From an uncultured Clostridia bacterium (GTDB taxonomy: Bacteria; Bacillota; Clostridia; TANB77; CAG-508), in NCBI GenBank assembly GCA_934155165.1, contig CAKPGS010000007.1, positions 7,806-39,805 on the forward strand: a DNA stretch of 32,000 nt, given 5' to 3'. The translations under genes were made by a program, and so were the position numbers. Below the pieces are notes generated by a model that saw only the letters and a program-made list of their open reading frames with translations, did not search any database and was not told the DNA's origin. Positions 1-8,990 of the stretch are shown here, one piece after another (positions within the stretch are counted from its first letter, which is position 1; the number at the start of each line of letters is the position of its first letter).

Positions 1-1226
1 TTTTTCATTAGTGCTAGTGTTATAATAAGGCTTACAGCACTTATTCCATATACATATATTTTAGCTTTTAAGCTTTTACTAACTTCATTGTTTTTATATC
101 CTATTATTTTATATAAATTATTTTTTCCTTCTGAAATTAGATAATATCCTATATGTGAAGTTTTAGGATTATTTCCTTTTTGTGATAATTCTAAAGCCTT
201 TTGAGCAATATATAACTCCGAAATTTTTGTTTTTTTAGAAATTTCTGAAATTACATTTCTATAATATTCTTTTGTTTCAAAATCCATTTTTTCGTATATC
301 CCAGCGGGGTCTTTTTTTAATATTTCTTCTACTCCATTTACATCTTCAAAAATTTCCAAGAAATTCATTCGTGCAAGTCTTTTTAAGGTTGTTATACTAT
401 TGGCCATTGAGAGTTTTTTTAGTGCAATATCATAATGTTCTTTCTTTATTACTTCAGATATTGTTGTTCCGCTTCTGTTTACTTGTTCTTCTAAAACATC
501 AAAAAAGTTTCTAGCTTTTCTTCCTGCTTTTTTTAACTTGTAAGATAAATATTCTATAAAAGGGTATTTTAACTCTCCATACCCTATCTTTGCCGTCTGA
601 ATTTTATTGTTTTGGCTACATATTAGCTCATTTTTGTTTTTATTTTCTACTAATCTTTCATATATATTTTCTGCTCTATATTTTTGAATTTGACTTGAAT
701 ATATTTTTTCACATACTCGTGCAATATTTTCTATTAAACCAATTTTAAGAAATATGTTTATATTCCATATTTCTTCCATACTTAAACTTTTCTTTTTTTG
801 ATAAGCTTGTAATATATAATTCAAATTATAATTATCAACATTGTTTTCTGTAAAAGCTAAAATTTCGTAAGCCAACACATATATACGTGCATAACCATTG
901 TAAATTCCATTTGAAATTCCAACTAAATTTTTATATTTATTTAAACTAAGCTCTTTTTGAACACTTTTTACATTTTCTTCTATAATATAATAATTATCTA
1001 AAAGCCATTCTCCAGCAGGATGTATGTTTATTTTCAACTTAACATGTTCATTTAGCAAATTATATACTCTTGTAATAAATTCAAAATTTTTAAGCATATC
1101 GTTAACTGGATATGTTTGTATATCCGAATTTTTTGTAACAGAATTATCAGATGCAAACTTTTCAATGTATTCTTCTAATTTTTGTTTATCAAGAGCTATT
1201 CCATTAATATTTAAAATACCAAACAT
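1..1226 (-). CDS. N-terminal part of a cyclic beta-1,2-glucan synthase (NdvB/Cgs-like) giant glycosyltransferase; partial, runs off the window edge
   Basis: Not in the ORF track because it has no stop in the window. Hand translation from the ATG at 1226-1224 (RBS GGGAGTG at 1238-1244) is stop-free to position 1. It reads MFGILNINGIALDKQKLEEYIEKF...IHPAGEWLLDNYYIIEENVKSVQKEL...YARIYVLAYEIL...MEEIWNINIFLKIGLIENIARV. This matches the conserved PAaEWLLDNfYlIEEq / ELWaiPimLRlaLIEnLRR block at the N-terminus of NdvB-type synthases. Confidence 0.6.
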   Translation of the reverse strand, partial: MFGILNINGIALDKQKLEEYIEKFASDNSVTKNSDIQTYPVNDMLKNFEFITRVYNLLNEHVKLKINIHPAGEWLLDNYYIIEENVKSVQKELSLNKYKNLVGISNGIYNGYARIYVLAYEILAFTENNVDNYNLNYILQAYQKKKSLSMEEIWNINIFLKIGLIENIARVCEKIYSSQIQKYRAENIYERLVENKNKNELICSQNNKIQTAKIGYGELKYPFIEYLSYKLKKAGRKARNFFDVLEEQVNRSGTTISEVIKKEHYDIALKKLSMANSITTLKRLARMNFLEIFEDVNGVEEILKKDPAGIYEKMDFETKEYYRNVISEISKKTKISELYIAQKALELSQKGNNPKTSHIGYYLISEGKNNLYKIIGYKNNEVSKSLKAKIYVYGISAVSLIITLALMK

Positions 1227-1300
1227 TTAAAAACTTTCACTCCCTAAAATTTATGTATTTTAGGTTAGTTTTTCCATGTTTGGTATTTTTTATTCGCTAT

Positions 1301-2188
1301 TTATATTATCTTAAGTTGTTCATCATTTAATTTGGCATTTTTTACCCAAAATTCAACATTTGAATTATAATTTAATGTACATTGAATTTGTATTGTATCT
1401 CCTTTATTTATTTTTCCATTTTCCTCTGAAGAATATAATATTATGCTATTATTGTTAAATTCTATTTTGGAAGTTCCACTACATGTAAGATTATCTGAAT
1501 CAAATCCTTCTGGAACTTCAAAACTAATTTTCCAGTTATCATAATTACTATTTTTGTTATTAATTGTAATTGTTACATTATAAGATGTTTCATTATTACT
1601 AAGTGTTTGTATTGCTTCATATTTATATGTTGACAATAATTCTTCATTATTATTTATTTTTATTGCATCTGATATTATTTCTTCTTTTGTATTGTCTTTT
1701 TTGGTAAGTAACAAATGAATATAGTATGTTTTTTCTGCTTTAATTGTTGTTTGAACTGTTCCAGACATTTCTGTAACTGCTATAGCATCCGCAGTTAGCC
1801 AAATATTATCATCAACACCCATATAGTTTTTGTTATTATTAACTACAAATTTACAATTTTTTAAGTCTACATTTTCATCCAAAATATCTATTTGAGCAGT
1901 TGCATTTGCCTCTGAAACACTTGTATATTCAATATTTTCTCCATTCCACTTTATTTTAGCAGAATTGCTATTTAAATTTACATTATTTAATTTTTTCTCA
2001 TTATAAATTTCATTTACAAAATTAACATCTTCACCATATTTATCTATAATTGTTGTGTCTGCATTTTTTTGTGCTTTATTTGCATTATTTGCAGAAACAT
2101 AAATACCCATTAAAATTATAGTAAAAAATAACACAACCGTGAGAGTAACAACAGTTGCAGAACCTCTTTCGCTCTTGAATTTTTCCAT
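1301..2188 (-). CDS. Membrane-anchored secreted protein of unknown function with a TadE/pseudopilin-like N-terminal segment
   Basis: 295-aa ORF with RBS GGAGG upstream of the ATG at 2188. The N-terminus is ERGSATVVTLTVVLFFTIILMGIYV. The C-terminus (NWKISFEVPEGF...IQIQCTLNY...FWVKNAKLN) looks like a beta-sandwich or carbohydrate-binding domain by pattern only. Confidence 0.6.
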   Translation of the reverse strand: MEKFKSERGSATVVTLTVVLFFTIILMGIYVSANNANKAQKNADTTIIDKYGEDVNFVNEIYNEKKLNNVNLNSNSAKIKWNGENIEYTSVSEANATAQIDILDENVDLKNCKFVVNNNKNYMGVDDNIWLTADAIAVTEMSGTVQTTIKAEKTYYIHLLLTKKDNTKEEIISDAIKINNNEELLSTYKYEAIQTLSNNETSYNVTITINNKNSNYDNWKISFEVPEGFDSDNLTCSGTSKIEFNNNSIILYSSEENGKINKGDTIQIQCTLNYNSNVEFWVKNAKLNDEQLKII

Positions 2189-2346
2189 AAATCCTCCATG
2201 TTTGACATTGATTTTTTCATTTTCATTTTACACTATACAAATAAATTTTTCAAGAAAAATAAATAATACTAATTTTAAACAAATAAATTATCTTCTTTAT
2301 ATTGAAAATTATGTTTAATTTTGTATTTATATAACTAAAATATTTC

Positions 2347-2375
2347 TTGACTTTGCACTGTTTTGGGCATATACT
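2347..2375 (+). promoter_or_regulatory. Sigma-A type promoter of the por operon
   Basis: TTGACT (2347-2352), 17-nt spacer, TATACT (2370-2375), about 30 nt upstream of the porG start. Confidence 0.5.
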
Positions 2376-2404
2376 TAAATGAGTTTTTAAGGAGGTCTTA
2401 CTTT

Positions 2405-2983
2405 ATGAAAGATTTAATTGAAATAAGATGGCACGGTAGAGGTGGTCAAGGTGCTAAAACTGCTTCTTTGCTTTTAGCTGATGCTGCTTTTAACACTGGT
2501 AAATTTATTCAAGGTTTTCCTGAATATGGGCCTGAAAGAATGGGTGCCCCTATTACTGCTTATAATAGAATTAGTAATAAACCTATTACTGTTCATAGCA
2601 ATATTTATGAGCCAGATTATGTTGTAGTTGTAGATGATACTTTGCTTGAAAGTGTTGATGTTACTGCTGGTTTAAAACCAGATGGTGCAATTATTATTAA
2701 TACTACAAAATCTGCGGGCGTTCTTAAACAATTATTAAGCAATTATTCTGGTAGTATTTATACAATTGATGCAAGAAAAATTTCATTAGAAACTCTTGGA
2801 AAATATTTTCCAAATACTCCTATGCTTGCAGCTATTGTTAAAGTTAGCGCTATTATGAATGATGATGAGTTTTTAAACGATATGAAAGGTTCTTTTAAAC
2901 ATAAATTTGCTAAAAAGCCTGAGGTTATCGAAGGTAATATGAAAGCTATTGAAATGGCTTTAAAAGAAGTAAATAAAATTTAA
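2405..2983 (+). CDS. porG: 2-oxoacid (pyruvate/2-ketoisovalerate):ferredoxin oxidoreductase, gamma subunit
   Basis: MKDLIEIRWHGRGGQGAKTASLLLA... is typical of the POR gamma family. I moved the start to the ATG at 2405, which follows AGGAGG at 2390-2395; the track start at 2363 is a TTG. Confidence 0.85.
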   Translation: MKDLIEIRWHGRGGQGAKTASLLLADAAFNTGKFIQGFPEYGPERMGAPITAYNRISNKPITVHSNIYEPDYVVVVDDTLLESVDVTAGLKPDGAIIINTTKSAGVLKQLLSNYSGSIYTIDARKISLETLGKYFPNTPMLAAIVKVSAIMNDDEFLNDMKGSFKHKFAKKPEVIEGNMKAIEMALKEVNKI

Positions 2984-3007
2984 AATTACTTTAAAGGAAG
3001 TGTTGAA

Positions 3008-3292
3008 ATGACTAATATTAATAAAAATACTCCAATGTGTGATCTTACTATTGGAGGAAATATATATAATGCTGGTAATGCTAAGGATTTTAAAACTGGT
3101 GATTGGAGAAGTATTACTCCTATATTTCATTCTGAGAAGTGCAAACAATGTGGATTGTGCTTTCCTGTTTGTCCGGAAAATTCCATTCCAGTAAATAAAG
3201 ATGGTTTACGTTCAGATTTTGATTACGATTTTTGCAAAGGCTGCGGTGTATGTGCAAAGGTTTGTCCATTTAATGCCATCACAATGGAATAA
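3008..3292 (+). CDS. porD: 2-oxoacid:ferredoxin oxidoreductase, delta subunit (2x[4Fe-4S] ferredoxin)
   Basis: Two cysteine motifs, CKQCGLCFPVCP and CKGCGVCAKVCP. It is 94 aa and sits between the gamma and alpha subunit genes. Confidence 0.85.
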   Translation: MTNINKNTPMCDLTIGGNIYNAGNAKDFKTGDWRSITPIFHSEKCKQCGLCFPVCPENSIPVNKDGLRSDFDYDFCKGCGVCAKVCPFNAITME

Positions 3293-3488
3293 AATATTAC
3301 TATATAATTTTCAAGTTTATTTATTTTTTTACTTCGCTCCCCATTTAAGAAACTGTAATTCACTCTTGTTCATACAGTTTCTAAAAAGGTCCCCACAATA
3401 CTTGTAAAAAAATAAATGAAAACTTTAAAATTATAAAAATTAATTACTTTATATTATATATAAAATTAAAGAAAGGATTTTATAAATT

Positions 3489-4670
3489 ATGAAAATTAGA
3501 GAACGTTTAAGCGGAAATGAAGCTGTTGCTACAGCTATGAAACAAATTAATCCTGATGTTGTGGCTGCTTTTCCTATTACTCCTTCAACAGAAATTCCTC
3601 AGTATTTTTCTACTTTTGTTGCTAATGGCACAGTTGATACTGAATTTGTTGCTGTTGAGAGTGAACATAGTGCTATGAGTGCTTGTATTGGTGCCGAGGC
3701 TGCAGGTGCAAGAGCTATGACTGCTACTTCTGCAAATGGATTATCTTTTATGTGGGAAATGATTTATATTGCTTCTTCTATGAGATTGCCTATTGTTATG
3801 AACTTAGTAAATAGAGCTGTTTCAGGTCCTTTAAATATTCACAATGACCATTCAGATGCAATGGGTGTTCGTGATAGTGGTTGGATTATGCTATTTTCTG
3901 AAAATAACCAAGAAGCTTATGATAATACTTTAATGGCTCATAGAATTGCTGAACATAAAGATGTTCAATTACCTTTAATGGTTTGCCAAGATGGTTTTAT
4001 TACATCTCATTCCATAGAAAATATTGAGCTTTTAGATGATGATACTGTTAAAGATTTTGTAGGAACTTATAAACCAGAACATTATTTATTAAATAGCAAT
4101 GAACCTATTGCTATGGGGCCTTTAGACTTACAAGCATATCTTTTTGAACATAAAGCTCAACAAGCTGAAGCAATGAAAAATGCAAAAAAACTTATTTTAG
4201 ATGTAGCTAAAGATTTTGAAAAAATAACTGGTAGAAAATATTCCTTCTTTGAAGAATATAGAATGGAAGATAGTGAAATTGCTATTGTTTGTATGAATTC
4301 TACTGCTGGAACTACAAAATTTGTTGTAGATTCTTTAAGAAATAAAGGAATTAAAGCAGGTATGTTAAAATTAAGAGTATTTAGACCTTTCCCTGCTGAA
4401 GAAATTGCCAAAGCTTTAGAAAATCAAAAAGCTGTAGCTATTCTTGATAAAGCAGATTCTTTAAATGCTGCTGGTGGTGCTTTATTTGAAGATGTAACTT
4501 CTGCTATGTATGTTAATAATAAAAAAGTTCCTATGGTTAATTATATTTATGGAATTGGTGGTAGAGATACTACTTCTACAGATATTGAAAGTGTTTTTGA
4601 TGATTTAATTGATATTTGTAATGGAGGAAAAATTGTTAGTCCTTACAGATATTTAGGATTGAGAAAATAA
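3489..4670 (+). CDS. porA: 2-oxoacid:ferredoxin oxidoreductase, alpha subunit
   Basis: 393 aa. GNEAVATAMKQINPDVVAAFPITPSTEIPQ and ESEHSAMSACIGAEAAGARAMTATSANG are typical of the POR/VOR alpha N-terminus. Confidence 0.9.
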   Translation: MKIRERLSGNEAVATAMKQINPDVVAAFPITPSTEIPQYFSTFVANGTVDTEFVAVESEHSAMSACIGAEAAGARAMTATSANGLSFMWEMIYIASSMRLPIVMNLVNRAVSGPLNIHNDHSDAMGVRDSGWIMLFSENNQEAYDNTLMAHRIAEHKDVQLPLMVCQDGFITSHSIENIELLDDDTVKDFVGTYKPEHYLLNSNEPIAMGPLDLQAYLFEHKAQQAEAMKNAKKLILDVAKDFEKITGRKYSFFEEYRMEDSEIAIVCMNSTAGTTKFVVDSLRNKGIKAGMLKLRVFRPFPAEEIAKALENQKAVAILDKADSLNAAGGALFEDVTSAMYVNNKKVPMVNYIYGIGGRDTTSTDIESVFDDLIDICNGGKIVSPYRYLGLRK

Positions 4671-4707
4671 TTTTTACGTAATAATATTTCTTTTTCGGCT
4701 TCGCCAT

Positions 4708-4738
4708 GCGGGTCGCCCTAAGGACGCCGACCCCTACA
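4708..4738 (+). repeat. GC-rich REP-like hairpin with a CTAC foot (copy 1)
   Basis: GCGGGTCGCCCTAAGGACGCCGACCCCTACA. The stem is GGGTCG/CGACCC, followed by CTAC. The 31 nt are identical to 16311-16341. It lies in the porA-porB spacer. Confidence 0.75.
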
Positions 4739-4740
4739 AT

Positions 4741-4797
4741 AAAAATAGAAATTTTCTATAATAATATAAAAGGTGACCAATGGTCGCCATAAAGAAA
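4741..4797 (+). repeat. Composite intergenic repeat: AT-rich module plus GGTGACC-AAT-GGTCGCC hairpin plus ATAAA
   Basis: AAAAATAGAAATTTTCTATAAT...GGTGACCAATGGTCGCCATAAAGAAA. A close copy lies at 21608-21670, and a partial copy (AGTCGCCATAAA ... CAATAAAAAGCAAAAACATTCTATAATA) lies at 6404-6460. Confidence 0.65.
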
Positions 4798-4828
4798 TTC
4801 AAATATTTTTAGAAAGGATTGATTTTTA

Positions 4829-5779
4829 ATGCCTTATAATGTTAAACAAATTGTTGGTAATAAGCCTTCTAGATTTACAGAAGGTCATAGAATGTGTGCT
4901 GGTTGTGGTGCTCCTCCTGTTGCTAGAATGGTTCTTAGAGCTCTAAAGGAAGATGATCATGCAGTTATCTCTTGCGCAACGGGTTGTATGGAAGTTTCTA
5001 CTTTTATTTATCCATACACTGCATGGACAGACTCTTTTATACATACTGCTTTCGAATGCACTTCTGCTACACTTTCAGGTGCAGAGGCAGCTTATAAATC
5101 TATGAAAAAACAAGGTAAATTACCTCAGGATAAAGATACAAAATTTATTGCTTTTGGTGGAGATGGTGGAACTTACGATATAGGTCTTCAAAGTTTATCT
5201 GGTGCAATGGAAAGAGGTCATAATTTAACTTATGTTTGCTATGATAATGGCGCATATATGAATACAGGTATTCAACGTTCTTCTGCAACTCCAAAATTTG
5301 CAGATACTACAACATCTCCTGCTGGAAAAGTTATACCTGGTAAAATGCAAGTTAGAAAAGATTTAACTAAAATTATGGTTGGTCATCATATACCTTATGT
5401 TGCTCAAACATTAGCTATGACAAATTTTAAAGATTTGTATGAAAAATCTGAAAAGGCAATTTATACAGATGGACCTACATTTTTAAATGTTTTAAGTCCT
5501 TGCCCTCGTGGTTGGGGATATCCTACAGATGAATTAATGACTATCAACAAGTTAGCTGCAGATACTTGCTACTGGCCATTATATGAAGTTGTAAATGGTG
5601 TATATAAAATAACTTATAAACCAGCAAAAAAACTTCCAATTGAAGAATTTTTAAGACCACAAAAAAGATTTAAACATATGTTTAAACCTGGAAACGAATG
5701 GATGATAGAAGAATTTCAAAAAGAAGTTGATGCAAGATGGGAAGAACTTTTAAAATTAGAAGAAATAACAAATAGATAA
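4829..5779 (+). CDS. porB: 2-oxoacid:ferredoxin oxidoreductase, beta subunit (TPP-binding)
   Basis: 316 aa. CAGCGAP near the N-terminus and GGDGGTYDIGLQSLSGAMERGHNLTYVCYDNGAYMNTGIQ (TPP/Mg-binding GDG...N motif). Confidence 0.9.
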   Translation: MPYNVKQIVGNKPSRFTEGHRMCAGCGAPPVARMVLRALKEDDHAVISCATGCMEVSTFIYPYTAWTDSFIHTAFECTSATLSGAEAAYKSMKKQGKLPQDKDTKFIAFGGDGGTYDIGLQSLSGAMERGHNLTYVCYDNGAYMNTGIQRSSATPKFADTTTSPAGKVIPGKMQVRKDLTKIMVGHHIPYVAQTLAMTNFKDLYEKSEKAIYTDGPTFLNVLSPCPRGWGYPTDELMTINKLAADTCYWPLYEVVNGVYKITYKPAKKLPIEEFLRPQKRFKHMFKPGNEWMIEEFQKEVDARWEELLKLEEITNR

Positions 5780-5791
5780 AAAAATCAAACA

Positions 5792-5830
5792 GGCGGACTT
5801 AAGGCGTCCGCCCATACAACGTTTGACGTT
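5792..5830 (+). repeat. GC-rich REP-like hairpin plus TACAACGTTTGACGTT tail (copy 2); probably also the por terminator
   Basis: GGCGGAC-ttaaggc-GTCCGCC, then CATACAACGTTTGACGTT. The same tail follows the hairpins at 16248 and 16311. It sits between the convergent porB and CYTH genes. Confidence 0.7.
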
Positions 5831-5840
5831 AGTTTTTATA

Positions 5841-6311
5841 CTATAAAAAAATACCACTTTTTATTTCACTATAAACTTTATCAACTTCTAATTTATCTCC
5901 CTCAATAGCAACAACCTTTGCCTTTGGTACTTTATAATCATCAATTTCAAATTTTACATTACCTTTTTCGTATACATATCTTTTTCTTTCTAATTTCTTA
6001 TGAAATTTGAATTCCATCATTTCTAATAAAGAATTAACAAATTCCATACTATTTGTAACCTCAATTTCACCAGATTCTCTACAAATTTTCAATGTATCTT
6101 CTGTTTCATTTTCATCTTTTAAATCAAAAAATATCTTCTCATTTCCATCAATATAATTTTTTGTTACACGTGCTAAAATTTTATTGCCATTCTTATATAG
6201 TTCTCGTATTTGATTACATTCACTTATTTTTCTATAATTATTTTTTTCACAATACTTAATAAATGGTTCTATTTTTTCTACATAAAAAGAATACTCATAC
6301 TCTTTATTCAT
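5841..6311 (-). CDS. CYTH-domain protein (CyaB-type adenylate cyclase / triphosphatase family)
   Basis: 156 aa. It starts EYEYSF (in place of the EIExKF signature) and has a C-terminal RKRYVYEKGNVKFEIDDYKVPKAKVVAIEG block typical of CYTH. RBS is AGGAGG. Confidence 0.65.
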   Translation of the reverse strand: MNKEYEYSFYVEKIEPFIKYCEKNNYRKISECNQIRELYKNGNKILARVTKNYIDGNEKIFFDLKDENETEDTLKICRESGEIEVTNSMEFVNSLLEMMEFKFHKKLERKRYVYEKGNVKFEIDDYKVPKAKVVAIEGDKLEVDKVYSEIKSGIFL

Positions 6312-6473
6312 AAATTTTCCTCCTGTTTCTTTTTATTATAATAAAATTCAAGCTTATATTTGTCAATGATTCAATTTAAAATTCTTTATCAAATAATAAT
6401 TTTACAACGTTAGTCGCCATAAATATGAAGCCTCCTGCAATAAAAAGCAAAAACATTCTATAATACTAAAAAA

Positions 6474-6493
6474 CTGCTCATATTCATGAGCAG
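6474..6493 (-). terminator. Intrinsic terminator of the 6502-6939 gene
   Basis: CTGCTCAT-attc-ATGAGCAG, an 8-bp stem, followed on the minus strand by TTTTTT. Confidence 0.6.
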
Positions 6494-6501
6494 TTTTCTT
6501 T

Positions 6502-6939
6502 TTACCTTTCTTCTTCTAAATTCACAGGATACGAAGATAAACAATATACAACTTTGTTATTCTCTGTTAAATAGCAACTAACTAGTTGATTATGTTTATT
6601 TCTTCCTAGTACACCATCTTTTGATAAAAATCGAATATCTTTTGAATTTGCTATTTTCTTTTCGCACTCTGCATCTTCATAAAAAGTATTTTGATTCTTA
6701 TCCACATAAATTCTCCCATCAGGTTCAAAAATTACTGAAATGAATTTTGTATATTCATCTTCAGAAATTTTAAACTCTTTTGATTTCTCTACTTCACTTT
6801 GTATTTCTTTATTATGTTCATTTGTGTTACTTAACTTATCCAGCCGAACATTTGCTATAACCCCTAAATAAATTGAAATCAAATAAAAAAATACAATTAC
6901 TGCAATACCTACAATTTTTAGCTTTGTTACTTTTTTCAT
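6502..6939 (-). CDS. Small membrane-anchored hypothetical protein
   Basis: 145-aa ORF with RBS GGAGGAG and an N-terminal TM helix (IVGIAVIVFFYLISIYLGVIA). It contains the only in-frame CGG in the window that is not at a frame break (6844-6846). Confidence 0.55.
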   Translation of the reverse strand: MKKVTKLKIVGIAVIVFFYLISIYLGVIANVRLDKLSNTNEHNKEIQSEVEKSKEFKISEDEYTKFISVIFEPDGRIYVDKNQNTFYEDAECEKKIANSKDIRFLSKDGVLGRNKHNQLVSCYLTENNKVVYCLSSYPVNLEEER

Positions 6940-7044
6940 ATTTCTCCTCCTTTAATTAAAGTTAGATTTTCTATACAACTATTGCTCTTAGCAAAATACC
7001 TTTATAAGTATAACATATTTTTATAATAAAACCAATATTTATAT

Positions 7045-7944
7045 TTAGAAACTTCTTCCGCCTCCACCGTGCGATGTTCCACTGCTACTTCTGTGTGTTG
7101 AGCTTCCTCCTGAACTTGAAGATGTTTCTATTTTTACTTTTGATACATGTTTATTTACAAATGTATCTGAATTTCTACTTAATTTTAATGGCTGTGTTAC
7201 GTAGTTACTTGCTTCTTTTTTCTTTCTTGGTTTTCTATGTGTTGCAAGTCCTATACATATTAAAACTATTGTTGCTATTCCGGCAAATATTAATGAATTA
7301 CATATCATTTTTGGAACTGTTACTACTTTGCTTCCTCCTGTTAGTCCTTTATTTGCAAAGTAGCTTGCTTTATCTATAAATTGCTCTGCACATCCATTAT
7401 AGTCTTTATTCGATATTTCATCGTATGTATAATCTAAAATTGTATTTATTCTACTGTCTGTGTATATTTTTATTGCATCTCCTGTAGTTGAAATCCACAT
7501 TTTTCTATTCTGCATATCTATTAAAAATAATAAACCACTTTTATTTGCGCCTTTCCCAAAGTTGTTATAATCGTAAAAATCATCTGCATATGCCATAGAT
7601 GAAGATTTCGGATTTGAATTTATTGTTACTATTACCATGTCCATATTGTATTTATTTATAAATTCTTGAACTTTATTATATAGTGCTATTTCTTCTTCAT
7701 CTGTTATTAAATTTGCATAATCATATATCTTTTTTGTTTCATCTACTACAGGTGTTGTTTCTTTTGCAGTTTGTGAAGTTGTAGTATTTGTATATGTACT
7801 GTTACTATATGTATTTGAACTATTTGGATTTAAAGTATTATTACTGTATGAGTTTGTTACTATATTTGTAGCGTATGAATTTGAAAACATTATAATTAAT
7901 AAACAAATTGCTAAACTTAAAATTATCTTTATTTTTTTATTCAT
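7045..7944 (-). CDS. TPM-domain (YgcG / YdjH-like) membrane protein
   Basis: Signal peptide, then a TPM phosphatase-like core (IYDYANLITDEEEIALYNKVQEFINKYNMDMVIVTI), a TM helix and a Ser/Gly-rich tail (SSSSGGSSTHRSSSGTSHGGGGRSF). Confidence 0.75.
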   Translation of the reverse strand: MNKKIKIILSLAICLLIIMFSNSYATNIVTNSYSNNTLNPNSSNTYSNSTYTNTTTSQTAKETTPVVDETKKIYDYANLITDEEEIALYNKVQEFINKYNMDMVIVTINSNPKSSSMAYADDFYDYNNFGKGANKSGLLFLIDMQNRKMWISTTGDAIKIYTDSRINTILDYTYDEISNKDYNGCAEQFIDKASYFANKGLTGGSKVVTVPKMICNSLIFAGIATIVLICIGLATHRKPRKKKEASNYVTQPLKLSRNSDTFVNKHVSKVKIETSSSSGGSSTHRSSSGTSHGGGGRSF

Positions 7945-8979
7945 TTACATCATTCCCCTTATAATATTATATAAAAATGCTAAAACAAATCCTATTCCAA
8001 AGAATAATAATCCTTTTTTTATTACCTTATTTATACATACAGGCACTTTTCCTACAACTCGTTTTGTTTGACCGTTCATGGCGAATGTGTACATTTTTTC
8101 TTTATATTTTATATTTAACATCCAAACAGGTAAAAGTGCATATTCTACTTCTCCTTTTTGAATGTTAATATTGCTACTATTTACAGAAACTGTATTATAT
8201 CCAGTTATTGTTCGTTTAAGTTCGTTTACAGTTGTATTTTCCATTCTTGTTTTCGCTCTTTCATACACTTTATCTTGAGTTAAATCGTATTTTTCTGCTA
8301 AAAAACCTGATAAATATGACCTATTAAAAGGTACAAATTTACTGTAATCATATGGCTCTATTGAATCCATAATTTCATCTTCAAATTTAGTAGATCCATC
8401 TACAGGCAAATCTGTAATTTCTAATTCTCCGCTTCTTATACAATTATATATAGAAGTTTCTGTGTATCTATAACTTCCTGATGACCAGCTTCTTATTCTC
8501 TCTGCAGTTGCTGTTATATCTCCTGTTGTTTTTCCATCGTATAGCCAAAATGGTATATATACTCCTGTTATTTTTTCAATATTTTCTTTATTATGAAAAT
8601 CTGGTGGTGAAAACCATCTTTTCTTTACATTTTTTTGAAATTCATTTATTGCATCTTCTTTTTTTGTTGCAAAGGGAATTAACTTATCTGGTTTAAACTC
8701 TCCTTGCAATCTATTTTTCATTATTGCTGTATTTCCACAATATACACAATGTGTAGCAACAGTATTTTCATCTGTTACAACTGTTGCTCCACAGTTAGGA
8801 CATGAGTATTCATCTATGTTTATATCTACATCTTCATTACTTTCTTTTGATTGTTGTTTTTCAAAAGTATCAACATCATAAGACATTCCACAATATTCAC
8901 ATTTCCATTTTTGTGATGTTGGATCAAATTTTATATTTGCTCCACAACTTGGACATTTATTATCTACAGTTGTTTTCAT
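7945..8979 (-). CDS. Double zinc-ribbon membrane protein (YdjG-like)
   Basis: Two CxxC...CxxC ribbons at the N-terminus (CPSCGANIKF..KCEYCG and CPNCGATVV..HCVYCG) and a C-terminal TM helix. Its stop abuts the start of the TPM gene. Confidence 0.65.
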   Translation of the reverse strand: MKTTVDNKCPSCGANIKFDPTSQKWKCEYCGMSYDVDTFEKQQSKESNEDVDINIDEYSCPNCGATVVTDENTVATHCVYCGNTAIMKNRLQGEFKPDKLIPFATKKEDAINEFQKNVKKRWFSPPDFHNKENIEKITGVYIPFWLYDGKTTGDITATAERIRSWSSGSYRYTETSIYNCIRSGELEITDLPVDGSTKFEDEIMDSIEPYDYSKFVPFNRSYLSGFLAEKYDLTQDKVYERAKTRMENTTVNELKRTITGYNTVSVNSSNINIQKGEVEYALLPVWMLNIKYKEKMYTFAMNGQTKRVVGKVPVCINKVIKKGLLFFGIGFVLAFLYNIIRGMM

Positions 8980-8990
8980 AGATTACTCCT

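Noticed and set aside
272-514. 80-aa plus-strand ORF, and a similar one at 1024-1230, inside the first 1.2 kb.
   Set aside because: Both are low-complexity Leu/Phe-rich translations antisense to a well-supported minus-strand ORF (the NdvB-like N-terminus). This is typical of AT-rich antisense frames.
3201-3407. 68-aa plus-strand ORF overlapping the porD 3' end and the porD-porA spacer.
   Set aside because: It is out of frame with porD, has no RBS, is Phe/Leu-rich and runs through the repeat and hairpin region.
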